Assembly: GCA_043780615.1 (NCBI GenBank) | Contig: JAYWDN010000064.1 | Coordinates: 3,985 to 67,984 of the forward strand | DNA from: Bacteroidota bacterium | GTDB lineage: Bacteria; Bacteroidota; Bacteroidia; Cytophagales; Cyclobacteriaceae | Direction of reading: 5' to 3' | Length of the DNA: 64,000 nucleotides | Shown: in pieces, positions 9,742 to 18,001 of the stretch | Numbering within the stretch: position 1 is the first letter of the stretch | Layout of the letters: the number at the start of each line of letters is the position of its first letter | The notes under the pieces: model-generated | Told to the model about the DNA's origin: nothing | Database searches by the model: none | Seen by the model: the letters and a program-made list of their open reading frames with translations, nothing else | Translations under genes and position numbers: made by a program

Positions 9742-9774
9742 TATGCGCGCATAACAAATTTTTTTATATCTTCG
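9742..9774 (+). promoter_or_regulatory. Palindromic operator (TATGCGCGCATA) and -7-like box upstream of marR-fad operon
   Basis: Perfect 12-bp palindrome at 9742-9753 and TATCTTCG at 9767-9774, upstream of a MarR regulator. Confidence 0.55.
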
Positions 9775-9789
9775 TCTCCCTTTTATGAT

Positions 9790-10239
9790 ATGAAAAGAGA
9801 AGAGACCATCGACCACCATGTGCGTATAGCGTGGCACGGCATATCGCGGATATACAATCAACAGGCGGCAAAATACGGAGGCACCATGTCGATCGGGTTT
9901 GCGCTGCTCAGCATCCACACCGATGAGGGGACACCGGCCACAAAGATTGGCCCACTGATGGGCTTGGAGCCAAGGAGTCTTTCACGGTTGTTGAAGTCAA
10001 TGGAAGAAAAACATCTGATCAAGCGAGTATCCGACAAAAACGACAAACGCACGGTTCGCATCATGTTGACCAAAGAAGGGAAGAAGAGAAGAGACCTTTC
10101 TAAAAAAATTGTTCTTCGCTTCAATGAAGCGGTACGTGCAGAAATTCCACAATCAAAACTCAACGTGTTTTTTGAAGTCATTCAGAGCATCAATCAATTG
10201 GTAGAAAAAAATAATATTTTACGAAAAGTAAATGTTTAA
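9790..10239 (+). CDS. MarR-family transcriptional regulator heading the fatty-acid degradation operon
   Basis: wHTH motif (SLSRLLKSMEEKHLIKRVSDKNDKRTVRIMLT). Confidence 0.9.
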   Translation: MKREETIDHHVRIAWHGISRIYNQQAAKYGGTMSIGFALLSIHTDEGTPATKIGPLMGLEPRSLSRLLKSMEEKHLIKRVSDKNDKRTVRIMLTKEGKKRRDLSKKIVLRFNEAVRAEIPQSKLNVFFEVIQSINQLVEKNNILRKVNV

Positions 10240-10395
10240 ATTTTCAGTAGGGAAACATTTACAGTCTCAAAACTGGCCAAACTGCCGAAGGAAAAACGTA
10301 AGGAAGTACTTATTTCGCAAGCTCTTGAAGAAGGGTTTCAAATAGTAACAAAGGACAAAGAAATAAAACAATATTCCATCAAAACCATCTGGTAA
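10240..10395 (+). pseudogene. Start-less remnant of a PIN/VapC toxin C-terminus
   Basis: The frame 10240-10395 reads ...VLISQALEEGFQIVTKDKEIKQYSIKTIW*, matching the VapC-type ending (LIAQA..E.L.IVT.D..I.QY...TIW). It has no start codon and no DPFDR motif. Confidence 0.6.
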
Positions 10396-10397
10396 AT

Positions 10398-12797
10398 ATG
10401 AATCGTTCCATCAAAAAAATTGCAGTCCTTGGCTCTGGCATCATGGGCTCGCGCATCGCCTGTCATTTCGCCAACATTGGTTGTGAAGTCTTGCTGCTCG
10501 ACATTGCACCCAACCAACTCACCGATGACGAGAAGAAAAAAAATCTAACGATCGGCCATCCGGCTGTAAAAAATCGAATTGTTAACGCAGCCTTCGAAGC
10601 TACGCTCAAAGCAAATCCGGCTCCGCTCTTCAGTAAAAAATTTGCCTCGCGTGTAAAGCTTGGGAACTTTACGGATGATATGCCGAAGATCAAAAACTAC
10701 GACTGGACGATTGAAGTAGTGGTAGAAAACCTCGACATCAAAAAGAAAGTGTACGAGGAAGTAGAGAAATACAGAACACCCGGAACGCTAATTACTTCAA
10801 ACACTTCAGGCATCCCCATCCACTTAATGGCCGAAGGCCGAAGCGAAGATTTTCAAAAACATTTTGCGGGCACGCACTTTTTCAATCCTCCCCGTTATTT
10901 GAAACTTCTCGAAATCATTCCCACCGCAAAAACGGATTCTTTGGTCACCAATTTTTTAATGCACTATGGCGACCTCTTTTTAGGAAAGACTACGGTGCTT
11001 TGCAAGGACACACCAGCATTCATTGGCAACCGCGTTGGTGTTTGGGGGTTGTTGAAGGTGATCGACTCCATGAAAAAGTTTGATCTCAATGTAGATGAAG
11101 TGGATAAACTTACCGGCCCAGTTATTGGCAGACCCAAGTCGGCTACGTTTAGAACCTCGGATGTGGTTGGATTGGATACGCTCGTGAAAGTGGCCAACAA
11201 TCTTTATGCTGGATTGCCAAAAGACGAAGCACGTGAAATATTTAAGTTGCCCGAAGTAGTTGAAAAGCTCGATAAAAATAAATGGCTTGGCGATAAAACA
11301 GGTCAAGGTTTTTATAAGAAGACAAAAAACGCAAAAGGCGAAACGGAAATCCTTACGCTCGATCTTAAAACATTAGAATATAAAACAAAAACCAAAGCAA
11401 AGTTTGCCACACTGGAAACCACCAGGGCGATCGACAATTTAAAAGATCGTTTCAAAGTGTTGTTGTCAGGCAAAGACAAAGCAGGAGATTTTTATCGCGA
11501 TTGTTTTTATGGGTTGTTTCAATACGTCACCAATCGCATCCCCGAAATCAGTGATGAACTTTTCCGCATCGATGATGCCGTGAGCGGTGGCTTTGGTTGG
11601 GACCTTGGCCCATTCGAAACTTGGGATGCTGTTGGCGTAGAGAAAAGCCTTCCGCTGATGGAAGCAGCCGGATACAAACCCGCGCAATGGGTTTATGATA
11701 TGATCGCTTCGGGCAACAAATCATTTTACAAAAGTGATGCAGGTCAGAAAAAATATTATGACATCCCCACAAAGTCCTATAAGTCGATCCCCGGAAGGGA
11801 AAGTTTTGTCATCCTCGAAAACAAAAGTGAAAATGTGGTTTGGAAAAACCCCGGCTCAAAAATCACCGACCTAGGCGATGGTGTACTCAACTTTGCGTGG
11901 CATACCAAGAGCTATACGCTTGGCAGTGAAGTGATCGAAGGGTTAAACAAAGCGATTGACTTGGCCGAAAAAGATTATCGTGGCCTTGTAGTTGGGCATC
12001 AAGGTGCTGATTTTTCGCTTGGCGCTAATTTGGGCTTGGTGTTTATGTATGCCATCGAACAAGAATATGACGAGATCGATTTCATGATCAAGCATTTTCA
12101 AAATTCGGTGATGCGCATTCGCTATTCTTCGGTGCCGGTGGTGGTTGCTCCGCATAGCCGCACACTGGGCGGTGGTTGCGAAATGACCATGCATGCCGAC
12201 ATTGCTGTGGCGGCTGCCGAAACCTATATCGGCTTGGTGGAAGTTGGTGTTGGGCTCATCCCCGGGGGTGGTGGCACAAAAGAATTTACCAAAAGGGTAA
12301 GCGATGCCATCCAAGAAGGCGATGTTGAATTGAACGCATTGCAAAATGCATTCATGAATATTGCTACGGCAAAAGTGGCGACCTCGGCAGAAGAAGCACG
12401 TGAGATTGGCATCTTGAAAAAACTCGATCGCGTGTCGATGAACAAAGACCGTCAGATGGCCGATGCAAAAGAAGCGGTGATTGAGTTGGCGGATGCCGGT
12501 TATACCATGATGCCACAAGCAAAAAATATTAAAGTACAAGGCCGAACAGGGCAGGCTTTATTCCTTGCGGGACTTCAAGGCATGTTGATGGGGAAGTATA
12601 TTTCTGAACATGATGCCAAGGTAGCCAAGTGGATTGCCAACGTGATGTGCGGTGGTGACTTGACTTCGCCCCAAGAAGTGAGCGAGCAATATTTATTGGA
12701 TTTGGAACGCGAAGCATTTTTATCCCTCACCGGTGAGAAGAAAACGTTAGAAAGAATTCAAGCGATATTGACGGGAGGACGACCACTTCGTAACTAA
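10398..12797 (+). CDS. fadN: 3-hydroxyacyl-CoA dehydrogenase/enoyl-CoA hydratase (FadN-type)
   Basis: GSGIMG Rossmann motif, SNTSG and THFFNPP, and a C-terminal crotonase domain (LGGGCE, GLVEVGVGLIPGGGG). Confidence 0.92.
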   Translation: MNRSIKKIAVLGSGIMGSRIACHFANIGCEVLLLDIAPNQLTDDEKKKNLTIGHPAVKNRIVNAAFEATLKANPAPLFSKKFASRVKLGNFTDDMPKIKNYDWTIEVVVENLDIKKKVYEEVEKYRTPGTLITSNTSGIPIHLMAEGRSEDFQKHFAGTHFFNPPRYLKLLEIIPTAKTDSLVTNFLMHYGDLFLGKTTVLCKDTPAFIGNRVGVWGLLKVIDSMKKFDLNVDEVDKLTGPVIGRPKSATFRTSDVVGLDTLVKVANNLYAGLPKDEAREIFKLPEVVEKLDKNKWLGDKTGQGFYKKTKNAKGETEILTLDLKTLEYKTKTKAKFATLETTRAIDNLKDRFKVLLSGKDKAGDFYRDCFYGLFQYVTNRIPEISDELFRIDDAVSGGFGWDLGPFETWDAVGVEKSLPLMEAAGYKPAQWVYDMIASGNKSFYKSDAGQKKYYDIPTKSYKSIPGRESFVILENKSENVVWKNPGSKITDLGDGVLNFAWHTKSYTLGSEVIEGLNKAIDLAEKDYRGLVVGHQGADFSLGANLGLVFMYAIEQEYDEIDFMIKHFQNSVMRIRYSSVPVVVAPHSRTLGGGCEMTMHADIAVAAAETYIGLVEVGVGLIPGGGGTKEFTKRVSDAIQEGDVELNALQNAFMNIATAKVATSAEEAREIGILKKLDRVSMNKDRQMADAKEAVIELADAGYTMMPQAKNIKVQGRTGQALFLAGLQGMLMGKYISEHDAKVAKWIANVMCGGDLTSPQEVSEQYLLDLEREAFLSLTGEKKTLERIQAILTGGRPLRN

Positions 12798-12828
12798 AAG
12801 TAGGCAGTAGGCAAAAGCAGTAGGCAAT
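12797..12828 (+). repeat. Left heptamer-repeat arm (AGTAGGC x3) of four-helix-bundle cassette
   Basis: AGTAGGC-AGTAGGC-AAAAGC-AGTAGGC-AAT immediately before the ATG at 12829. Confidence 0.8.
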
Positions 12829-13230
12829 ATGAATGATTCAAATCAAAGCTTCAGAGACTTGACAGTTTATAAGAAAGCATTTGAAATGGCTATGGAAATA
12901 TTTGAGGTTTCAAAAACATTTCCAAAAGAAGAACGGTATTCCTTGACAGATCAGATAAGAAGATCGTCTCGTGCTATTTGTAGTTGCATTGCTGAAGCAT
13001 ATCGCAAGAGAAATTATCCGGCTTATTTTGTAAGTAAATCTTCTGACGCCGACATGGAGAATAGTGAAACGCAATCCTGGCTTGATTTTTCTCACGCTTG
13101 CAACTATGTTGATGATGATAAATTCAAAGGTTTATTGACGAAATCGGAAGAGGTAGGAAGAATGCTCAATCACATGGTTGAAAATCCCGAAAAGTATTTA
13201 AGGAAAAAAGAGAATGTCACAGATCAGTAG
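12829..13230 (+). CDS. Four helix bundle protein (bAvd-like / 23S rRNA IVS protein-like family)
   Basis: FRDLTVYKKA...FPKEERYSLTDQIRRSSRAI...IAEAY...F......E.SETQSWL signature. Confidence 0.92.
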   Translation: MNDSNQSFRDLTVYKKAFEMAMEIFEVSKTFPKEERYSLTDQIRRSSRAICSCIAEAYRKRNYPAYFVSKSSDADMENSETQSWLDFSHACNYVDDDKFKGLLTKSEEVGRMLNHMVENPEKYLRKKENVTDQ

Positions 13231-13257
13231 CCTTTGCCTATTGCAATTGCCTACTTT
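13230..13257 (+). repeat. Right arm (GCCTAYT units), inverted complement of left arm
   Basis: TTTGCCTATTGCAATTGCCTACTTT. ATTGCCTACT is the reverse complement of AGTAGGCAAT, and TGCCTACTTT is the reverse complement of AAAGTAGGCA. Confidence 0.8.
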
Positions 13258-13282
13258 AAAGAATATTATAAACTCAAACACT

Positions 13283-14458
13283 ATGGACGCATACATTGTA
13301 GCTGGTTTTAGAACTGGCGTAGGAAAAGCAAAAAAAGGTGGCCTTCGTTTTACACGGCCCGATGATTTGGCAGCCGATGTGATCAAGCATCTTGTGAAAT
13401 CAATCCCGGGATTGGAAAACAAAATGGTCGATGACCTGATCGTAGGCAATGCCGTGCCCGAAGCAGAACAAGGTATGCAAATGGGCCGCATGATTTCGTT
13501 GCTCGCGCTGGGCATCGATGCGCCAGGCATGATCGTGAATCGCTATTGCGGATCGGGAGTGGAAACAATCGCTATCGCGAGCCATCGCATTCAAGCAGGT
13601 CAAGCCGACATTATTATTGCAGGGGGAACTGAATCCATGTCGTTGGTTCCTGTGATGGGATTTCGCACGGCACTTAACTACGCTATCGCGAAAGACACGC
13701 CAACTTATTATACCAGCATGGGCTTGACGGCCGAGGAAATCTCTAAGCAATATAAAGTTTCTCGCGAAGAGCAAGATCAGTTCTCGTACGAATCGCACAT
13801 GAAAGCTGCGGCCGCATGGAAGGAAGGGAAATTCAAAGATGAAATTGTGGCCATCACCGTAAAAGAAGTTTATGTGGATGAGAACATGAAAAAGAAAACA
13901 CGTGAATATATCCATGACAAAGACGATGGCATTCGTGCCGATACAACGGTGGAAGGTCTCTCAAAACTGAAAGCGGTTTTTGCAATTGGAGGAACGGTAA
14001 CAGCAGGCAACTCTTCACAAACTTCAGATGGTGCAGCATTCGTTGCTGTAATGTCTGAGCGGATGGTGAAGCAACTCAACCTGAAACCAATTGCAAGAAT
14101 GGTGAGCTATGCCACCGCAGGGGTTGATCCGCGTATCATGGGCATTGGGCCTGTGGCCGCAATTCCGAAAGCATTAAAAAATGCAAACTTGAAATTGAAC
14201 GACATCGATTTGATCGAACTCAATGAAGCATTCGCGGCACAATCATTAGCAGTAGTAAAAGAATTAGGGATAGACAGAAAAAAATTAAATGTAAATGGAG
14301 GAGCAATTGCGGTTGGTCATCCTCTCGGATCCTCCGGGGCAAGATTATCTGTTCAGCTTTTTAATGAGTTGAGAAGACAAAAGAAAAAATACGGAATGGT
14401 AACGGCATGCGTTGGTGGAGGCCAAGGCGTGGCAGGAATTTATGAACTCCTCAATTGA
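13283..14458 (+). CDS. fadA: Acetyl-CoA C-acyltransferase (thiolase)
   Basis: NRYCGSG active-site Cys, NEAFAAQ, GHPLG and CVGGGQG. Start moved to ATG 13283 (MDAYIV). Confidence 0.95.
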   Translation: MDAYIVAGFRTGVGKAKKGGLRFTRPDDLAADVIKHLVKSIPGLENKMVDDLIVGNAVPEAEQGMQMGRMISLLALGIDAPGMIVNRYCGSGVETIAIASHRIQAGQADIIIAGGTESMSLVPVMGFRTALNYAIAKDTPTYYTSMGLTAEEISKQYKVSREEQDQFSYESHMKAAAAWKEGKFKDEIVAITVKEVYVDENMKKKTREYIHDKDDGIRADTTVEGLSKLKAVFAIGGTVTAGNSSQTSDGAAFVAVMSERMVKQLNLKPIARMVSYATAGVDPRIMGIGPVAAIPKALKNANLKLNDIDLIELNEAFAAQSLAVVKELGIDRKKLNVNGGAIAVGHPLGSSGARLSVQLFNELRRQKKKYGMVTACVGGGQGVAGIYELLN

Positions 14459-14524
14459 CAGTTCACAAAAGTCAGTTGACAAAATTTTGTCAACTGACCC
14501 GAAGGGATTTGTCAATTGTCAACT
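14453..14524. repeat. Palindromic heptamer-repeat element (apparently empty cassette)
   Basis: Perfect 28-bp palindrome GTCAGTTGACAAAATTTTGTCAACTGAC at 14471-14498, inside outer arms 14453-14469 and 14508-14524 (14/17 complementary). Confidence 0.85.
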
Positions 14525-14559
14525 TGTAGAATAGAATCAAAACCAAATTAGAAAAGAAC

Positions 14560-16362
14560 ATGGCAACAGCAACACAAACTAAACACGCAATCAAAGGCGG
14601 GGAATTTTTGATCCGCGAAACACAAGCCCACGAAATCTTCATCCCCGAAGAATTCAACGAAGAGCAAAAAATGATCAAGCAGCAGTGCAAGGATTTTTTG
14701 GCGAAAGAAGTTTGGCCTAGGCTCGATGAAATCGATTCGCAAAAAGACCCTAAACTGATGCCATCCATTATGGACAAGGCCGGTGAACTCGGACTGCTCG
14801 GCACTTCTGTGCCTACAGAACTTGGCGGGTTTGGTATGGATTTCAACACCACGATGTTAGTGGCCGAAGTGATTGGCGCGGGCCATTCTGTGGCCGTTGC
14901 GCTTTCGGCTCACACCGGCATTGGCACGCTGCCAATTTTGTATTACGGAAGTGAAACACAAAAGAAAAAATACATTCCCAAGTTGGCGAGTGGCGAGTAT
15001 AAAGCAGCGTACTGCTTGACCGAGCCCGATTCTGGATCAGACGCCAACTCTGGAAAAACAAAAGCTGTGTTGACGCCCGATGGAAAACATTATCTCATCA
15101 CCGGACAAAAAATGTGGATCACCAACGGTGGCTTTGCCGATGTGTACGTAGTGTTTGCAAAAATCGACAATGACAAAAACCTTTCGGCCTTCATTGTAGA
15201 GAAAGCATTTGGTGGCATCACCATGAACGAGGAAGAAAAAAAGATGGGCATCAAGGGTTCTTCCACCCGTCAGATTTTCTTCAACGATTGCAAAGTGCCT
15301 GTCGAAAATTTGTTGAGTGAGCGCGAAAACGGTTTTAAGATTGCGGTAAATATTTTGAACATCGGAAGGATAAAATTAGGGGTGGCCGCTGTGGGTGGAT
15401 CAAAAGCTACGATTAGCCAAGCGATAAAATATTCTAAAGAGCGCAAACAGTTTGGCACAGCCATCTCCAACTTTGGTGCGATCAAACATAAGATCTCGGA
15501 AGTGGTCACAAAAATTTTTGCATCCGAATCGGCCCACTATCGTGCCTCACAAAATATTGATGATGCTTACAACGCATTTGTAGCCGGTGGAATGGATTCC
15601 GCAAAAGCGCGATTGAAAGCACTCGAAGAATTTGCGATCGAGTGCGCGATCTTAAAAGTACATGGCTCTGAAGTATTGGATTTTTCTGTCGATGAAGGCG
15701 TGCAGATTTACGGAGGCATGGGCTTCTCGGCCGAAGGCCCGATGGATCGTGCTTACCGCGATGCCCGCATCAACCGCATCTTCGAGGGCACCAATGAAAT
15801 CAACCGATTGCTCACCATCGACATGCTGATGAAGCGCGCCATGAAAGGCACCATCGACTTGATGACACCCGCCATGGCGGTGCAAAAAGAATTGATGGCG
15901 ATTCCAGATTTTGGTGCCAGCGATGACACCGCCATTTTCGCGAAAGAGAAAAAAGCATTGGCCAACTTGAAGAAAGCCGGGCTGATGGTATCGGGCGCGG
16001 CCGCGCAAAAATTTATGATGAAACTTTCGGACGAGCAGGAAGTGCTGATGAACCTGGCCGACATGTTGATCGAAGGGTATGTGGCCGAGTCCGTTCTTTT
16101 GCGCGTAGAAAAATTGATTGGCGTGAAGGGAGAGAAGGCCTGCGAGATTCAAAAAGAGATGGCCATCATTTATTTGCACTTTGCCATTGAGAAAGCCGCC
16201 TCAGCCGGAAGGCAGGCGATCTACGCTTTTGCCGAAGGCGATGAACTGCGCCTGATGATGCTCGGCCTGAAACGCTTCACCAAAATTGATCCGTACAACT
16301 TGAAAGAAGCGAGGCGCAAAGTGGCGAACTACGCGATTGAAAAAGGAGAATATCCGTTTTAG
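14560..16362 (+). CDS. fadE: Acyl-CoA dehydrogenase
   Basis: YCLTEPDSGSDA, GQKMWITNG, QIYGGMG and RIFEGTNEI motifs. Confidence 0.93.
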   Translation: MATATQTKHAIKGGEFLIRETQAHEIFIPEEFNEEQKMIKQQCKDFLAKEVWPRLDEIDSQKDPKLMPSIMDKAGELGLLGTSVPTELGGFGMDFNTTMLVAEVIGAGHSVAVALSAHTGIGTLPILYYGSETQKKKYIPKLASGEYKAAYCLTEPDSGSDANSGKTKAVLTPDGKHYLITGQKMWITNGGFADVYVVFAKIDNDKNLSAFIVEKAFGGITMNEEEKKMGIKGSSTRQIFFNDCKVPVENLLSERENGFKIAVNILNIGRIKLGVAAVGGSKATISQAIKYSKERKQFGTAISNFGAIKHKISEVVTKIFASESAHYRASQNIDDAYNAFVAGGMDSAKARLKALEEFAIECAILKVHGSEVLDFSVDEGVQIYGGMGFSAEGPMDRAYRDARINRIFEGTNEINRLLTIDMLMKRAMKGTIDLMTPAMAVQKELMAIPDFGASDDTAIFAKEKKALANLKKAGLMVSGAAAQKFMMKLSDEQEVLMNLADMLIEGYVAESVLLRVEKLIGVKGEKACEIQKEMAIIYLHFAIEKAASAGRQAIYAFAEGDELRLMMLGLKRFTKIDPYNLKEARRKVANYAIEKGEYPF

Positions 16363-16391
16363 ATATTAGATTCGAGACATAAGTAATAAGA

Positions 16392-16423
16392 AAAACCCGA
16401 AAGAGATTTCGGGTTTTATTTTT
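16392..16423 (+). terminator. Intrinsic terminator of fad operon
   Basis: AAAACCCGAAA-GAGA-TTTCGGGTTTT followed by a T-rich tail. Confidence 0.85.
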
Positions 16424-16488
16424 ACTAAACCAATTTGCAAGGTGAAAGCCGATGCCCTAAATTGGAAAGCCAAAACAGTCGATCGATC

Positions 16489-17997
16489 ATGACAAAAGCA
16501 ATACGGCCACTCGTTCAGCAAACCGATGTGGTGCTGATGGGTGCAGGAATAATGAGTGCCACGCTGGGCATTATGCTCAAAGAACTTAACCCCAACATTA
16601 CCATTCAAGTTTTCGAGCGCTTGGATGAAGCGGGCATGGAAAGCTCTGATGCGTGGAACAACGCGGGCACGGGGCACTCCGCTTTCTGCGAACTGAACTA
16701 TACGCCACAAAAGCCCGATGGCACGGTGGATATTTCTAAAGCCATAAAAATTGCCGAGCAGTTTGAATTGTCGAAAGAGTTTTGGGCGTACACCGTACAG
16801 CAAAAATATTTTACCGATCCATCCAATTTTATTTCGGCCATACCGCACATGAGCTTGGTTTGGGGCGCAGAGAATGTTGCGTATTTAAAAAAACGTTTTG
16901 ATTTATTGAAAAGCAATCCGCTCTTCAAAGACATGGCTTACACAGAAGACCGCGAACAGATCGAACGATGGGTACCGCTTGCCATGAACGGACGCAGCAA
17001 CGATTTGCCTGTGGCGGCCACCCGCATAGAGATCGGCACGGATGTAAACTTTGGGACACTCACCCGTGGTTTGTTTGCGCAACTGAACAAGATGCCGGGC
17101 GTAACGATCCATTACAATGTTGAAGCCCTCGACCTCGACCCTGATGGCAAAGGCGGATGGGATGTGTTTATAAAAAATTTGTTGAGCAAGGAGAAGAAAA
17201 AGGTGAACACCAATTTTGTTTTCATTGGTGCGGGCGGAGCCACGCTGCATTTGCTCAAGCGGGCTGAGATCAAAGAACGCAAGGGCTATGGTGGATTTCC
17301 GGTGAGCGGGCTTTGGCTGAAATGCCTTAACGAAAAATTGATTCAACAGCATCACGCAAAAGTGTATGGCAAAGCAAGCGTAGGTGCTCCGCCCATGTCG
17401 GTGCCGCACATTGACACGCGCATGATCGATGGAAAGAAAGAACTTTTGTTTGGCCCCTTTGCAGGATTCTCTACCAAGTTTCTAAAAAATGGATCGCTCA
17501 TGGATTTGCCAAAATCCATCCGCCCCGACAATGCCATCCCCATGATTTTTGCTGGGCTGCACAACTTGTCGCTCACCAAATATTTGATCGTTCAAGTGCG
17601 GCAATCACCCGAAGATAGATTGGCAGCACTGCGCGAATATGTGCCCAATGCACAACTTGAAGATTGGGAACTCAAAGAAGCCGGGCAACGTGTGCAGGTG
17701 ATTAAGAAAGATAAAAAAGAAGGCGGTGTTTTAGAATTTGGAACAGAAGTGGTCGTCTCTGAAGACGGAACGGTAGCGGCACTGCTCGGTGCATCGCCCG
17801 GGGCGAGTACGGCTGCTGCCGTGATGCTTGGCCTGCTTCCTAAATGTTTTAAGAAAGACAACCAAGGCGAGGAGTGGCAAAACAAATTGAAAGAAATGTT
17901 TCCGTCTTATGGCTTGGACTTATCGCAAGACGAAAAACTTTTGGAGAAAACAAGAAAGCGCACTGGCACTATTTTGGGGTTAGAAAAAAATAGTTGA
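16489..17997 (+). CDS. mqo: Malate:quinone oxidoreductase
   Basis: GAGIMSATLG, WNNAGTGHSAFCELNY, GAPPMSVPHIDTR and LLGASPGAST. ATG start at 16489. Confidence 0.95.
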   Translation: MTKAIRPLVQQTDVVLMGAGIMSATLGIMLKELNPNITIQVFERLDEAGMESSDAWNNAGTGHSAFCELNYTPQKPDGTVDISKAIKIAEQFELSKEFWAYTVQQKYFTDPSNFISAIPHMSLVWGAENVAYLKKRFDLLKSNPLFKDMAYTEDREQIERWVPLAMNGRSNDLPVAATRIEIGTDVNFGTLTRGLFAQLNKMPGVTIHYNVEALDLDPDGKGGWDVFIKNLLSKEKKKVNTNFVFIGAGGATLHLLKRAEIKERKGYGGFPVSGLWLKCLNEKLIQQHHAKVYGKASVGAPPMSVPHIDTRMIDGKKELLFGPFAGFSTKFLKNGSLMDLPKSIRPDNAIPMIFAGLHNLSLTKYLIVQVRQSPEDRLAALREYVPNAQLEDWELKEAGQRVQVIKKDKKEGGVLEFGTEVVVSEDGTVAALLGASPGASTAAAVMLGLLPKCFKKDNQGEEWQNKLKEMFPSYGLDLSQDEKLLEKTRKRTGTILGLEKNS

Positions 17998-18001
17998 GCA
18001 T

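Noticed and set aside
12799-12828. AGTAGGC repeats as a CRISPR array or as a DGR template/variable repeat
   Set aside because: The units are 7 nt with no spacers. No cas genes or reverse transcriptase are present, and no ~100-bp repeat pair differing at adenines was seen.
13214-13282. N-terminal extension of fadA overlapping the four-helix-bundle gene
   Set aside because: It is the right repeat arm read in frame. The thiolase begins at MDAYIV (13283).
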